Assembly: GCF_009914755.1 (NCBI RefSeq) | Contig: NC_060925.1 | Source: the human T2T-CHM13v2.0 reference genome, Homo sapiens | Direction: 5' to 3' (one strand) | Length of the DNA stretch: 64,000 nucleotides | Shown here: piece after piece, positions 60,441-64,000 of the stretch | Layout of the letters: every line of letters starts with the position of its first letter | Position numbering within the stretch: position 1 is the stretch's first letter | Position numbers and translations under genes: made by a program | The notes under the pieces: generated by a model | Told to the model about the DNA's origin: nothing | Databases searched by the model: none | Seen by the model: only the letters and a program-made list of their open reading frames with translations

Positions 60441-60989
60441 AAATGAACCAAATGTATTTAGTTTATGATGACCACGATAATCTTCTGCCTATTCATGCTT
60501 TTAAGAATGAGGATTAAACCCTGAGCTAGCTATTCTAGATAAGAAAGATCCAAGGAAATCCTATTAAAAATTAGAGACTATAGGTAAAGGCCACACTTTT
60601 CAAAGAAACCTAAATTAGTACATAAAACTTAGGACATGGCTGCTTTGTTGTACAATTTGATATCATTTTTGAGAACAGACCTCTAAAACCATGGAATATG
60701 ATTGATAACAAAGGCTTAACATGAACAAGACCCATGGAGAAGAATGCCACAACCGAACCACAGAATTTGTGATTTTTTAAAGAATGATTAACAGTGGGTG
60801 ATGTTTATATACTCTAGAGAAGAACCAACACTCAGGGGTGTAGTTTCCTGCACTGACTTCAGTGGGTCACAGCAGAAAACACTATCCCGATGTTGGTGCA
60901 TTTCCCGTAGTCAAGGTATTTCATGCTTACACAACATTGTGAAAGGTTGCATTGTTGGCTTCACTGTAGGTACAGGGGATGCCCACACA

Positions 60990-61357
60990 CCTTAACGTTA
61001 TGCATCCCTTCTAACTTGTGTGGCCAATGTTGGAAAGGAAAAGGTGACTATGCCGGTTCAAAGACTAAACTTATAAAGTTTGTATGTGATACTTGTGCTT
61101 CTTGAACCTCTGTCATTGCCGGGAAAAAACTGCTCCACCTAGCTCACATATTCAAGGACAGTGAGAAAAAGACATATGATCTACAGTTCTGCTGTGAGAA
61201 GTGGTGCTGTCCCAACTTCCTCTTGAATTAGAAACATTTAGCAGAGCCCAGCCTAGATCAGCCAAACTCCAGCTCATCTGCAGACTTGTGAATCATAATA
61301 AACTAGCATTGTTTGAAGCCACAGAGTTTTAGAGTGATTTGCAATGTAGCAATAAAT
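60990..61357 (+). mobile_element. MLT1-type LTR
   Basis: AGCCCAGCCTAGATCAGCC...TTGTTTGAAGCCACAGAGTTTT terminus. Confidence 0.6.
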
Positions 61358-62492
61358 TATGGATACAGTCATCCATAACAACCCAGTACAGACTGAGCTT
61401 TTCCTGGATCACTATTTTCCCCTCCACTTTACCCCCTGCAGGGTCAGATGAAAGTGAGATCCATACATCCTTCTTCAGCAACTTGTGCCTCTGCTCTGCA
61501 CCTCCCGCAATTAACTACTGAAAAAAGAACACAGCTTCACAAAAGTGAGTTGAAGTGCATAGCACAGAACCATCAAATTCCATATTTAGAACAAGAAAAA
61601 TTCTATAAGACACTATTTCTGCAGAGAGAACTCTCTCATTTAAAACAAGAACCATAATAAAATGCATACCCCACAGAATATTTGGGACATTATTTGAGAA
61701 CAATATTTGCATCCAAGTTACAGGTTTCTTCCAGGTTTTTCCTTCTAAATAGGGAGTATGTATTTGCCTTATATGTGAACAATTTAAGGGTTCATTTAAG
61801 AAATTTCCTCAGGCAGAAGAAAACTAATGCAAAGAATAATTCAAGCCCCTGCCACTGAGAAGACAGAAACTTTTGTATTTCAAAATGTCTCTTGTAATCT
61901 CAGTTCAGGCAATATGATACATCAAAAAATGAGAAATTATAAAATAAGAGGAGTCATATATATATGTATATATCATTATATATTTAACTTTTCCCACTCA
62001 ATGTATTATGAACGTTTCCTCTCAACATTCAAGTTTCATATAACACAATATCAATTGCTGCATAATGTATCATCAAATCAGTATGCTATAACGTATTTAA
62101 CCTGTCCTCTATTTCTTTAAAGTTGTTTCCAGATTTTCTTGTTATAAACAAAGTTGCAAGGAACATCCTCGTGTTTACATTTCTCATGGTTTCTCTGATT
62201 ACTTCATGCTAAATCTTAGAATTTGAACTATGTGGTCAACGCACTAAAATTAAAAATGCACTAAAACTGAAAACACCTAGGATAATACCTAGAAAAAATA
62301 GTGCACCATAAATATTTGTTCAATGAATAAATAAAACAAAGTTATAGTTCCAATAGCTTATAAGATAAAGTTTATCTTCTACTTCATGTAATACTTAAAA
62401 AATTCTTAGTCATTTTGAGTTCTGCTTATGTAAATGAACTGTATCATTGCTCTTCTCTGAGAATTTTGACTGACTTTGAAAATCTCCCTGGA

Positions 62493-62828
<336 letters not shown>

Positions 62829-62914
62829 TCAAATGGATGTCAAGTCCCTTTGGGATTCTACCAAATACTGGTTTGAAAGGAAGCTTCAAAATTATATAAG
62901 ACGTTCTAGATTCA

Positions 62915-63232
<318 letters not shown>

Positions 63233-63512
63233 GAATATCCAGAGTAATCTTCAGTGGATTCACAAAACAACCAAATTTGTGGGAACAGATGTGTATTTTT
63301 CCCAAACTCTGAGGAACATCCAATAAGTAATGCTATAATGTTTGAAAGGGTCTAGTAACTTACTTTGAACTAGATTTTTACTAGGGTTTTCTTTGGTTAC
63401 CCCAACATACCTATGCTTTTTTTGAATCAGCATGTAGTCTGCACCTTACATTTTTAAATGGGTATAAATATATCTGTATTGTGTACTATATGTTTTCATC
63501 TTGTATTTCTAG

Positions 63513-63582
63513 GAGATTGTAAAATCAGGAAGTATATCTAAGTCACCTCCAGTAGCCGTAACTCTACCTTGTCCAGTAAAAG
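63513..63582 (+). ncRNA. SOX2-OT: 70-nt internal lncRNA exon
   Basis: Acceptor GTTTTCATCTTGTATTTCTAG|G and consensus donor AAG|GTAAGT (GT 63583) in unique sequence. Gene name from recall. Confidence 0.55.
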
Positions 63583-64000
63583 GTAAGTATGTGAAATAGT
63601 ATAATTTAGAAGTAATTATTGGAGCTATGAATTAAAGTTGATTTTTAGAATAAACATTATGTATGCTATTTTTAAAATGTTTTGCAAGCTAAAAAAAATT
63701 GGTTAAGGTAAGTAGAAAAGTAGTAACTAGAATAAACGATATTGCTTAGAATAGAAGATGGAAGTTAGCCTGAACACAAATGAGTACATAACTACTTATT
63801 GTGACTATAAAAAGAGTTGAAAGTGTTTGTAGCACGTTTTATCTAAAAAAAAAAAAAATACCAAGACTTTCTAAGTGAAGAATCATTACACAGCCTCAAC
63901 AAATGTCAGCGTTCAAAATGTGGTGAAAACATTGGAACACAGATGATTAGAAAAACTGGTCTACAGGAAAAAAAATTGCCAAAGGGCATGGTATGTTTCA

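Overview
AT-rich primate (most likely human) genomic DNA with no credible protein-coding gene. It is dominated by interspersed repeats: 14 Alus plus one Alu monomer, many L1 fragments, L2/MIR, MaLR/ERV LTRs and MER DNA-transposon relics. All long ORFs in the supplied track are L1 ORF2 remnants, Alu read-through or microsatellite artefacts. The main non-repeat signal is a set of + strand exons with canonical splice sites and no useful ORF: 37991-38064 (exonised L2), a probable first exon ending at 42040, 42949-43178 and 63513-63582. Two of these sit in a repeat-poor block at about 41.1-48.7 kb. From memory, not from a search, these exons resemble the distal SOX2-OT (SOX2DOT) lncRNA promoter region on human 3q26.33, which overlaps a conserved forebrain enhancer. 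Other notable structure: four clear and one possible 5'-inverted (twin-primed) L1 insertions, a tail-less Alu fragment that replaces part of an L1, and a ~275-bp polypyrimidine Alu tail just after the L2-derived exon. I see no support for a novel coding system. Repeat subfamily calls and most repeat boundaries were made by eye and are approximate.
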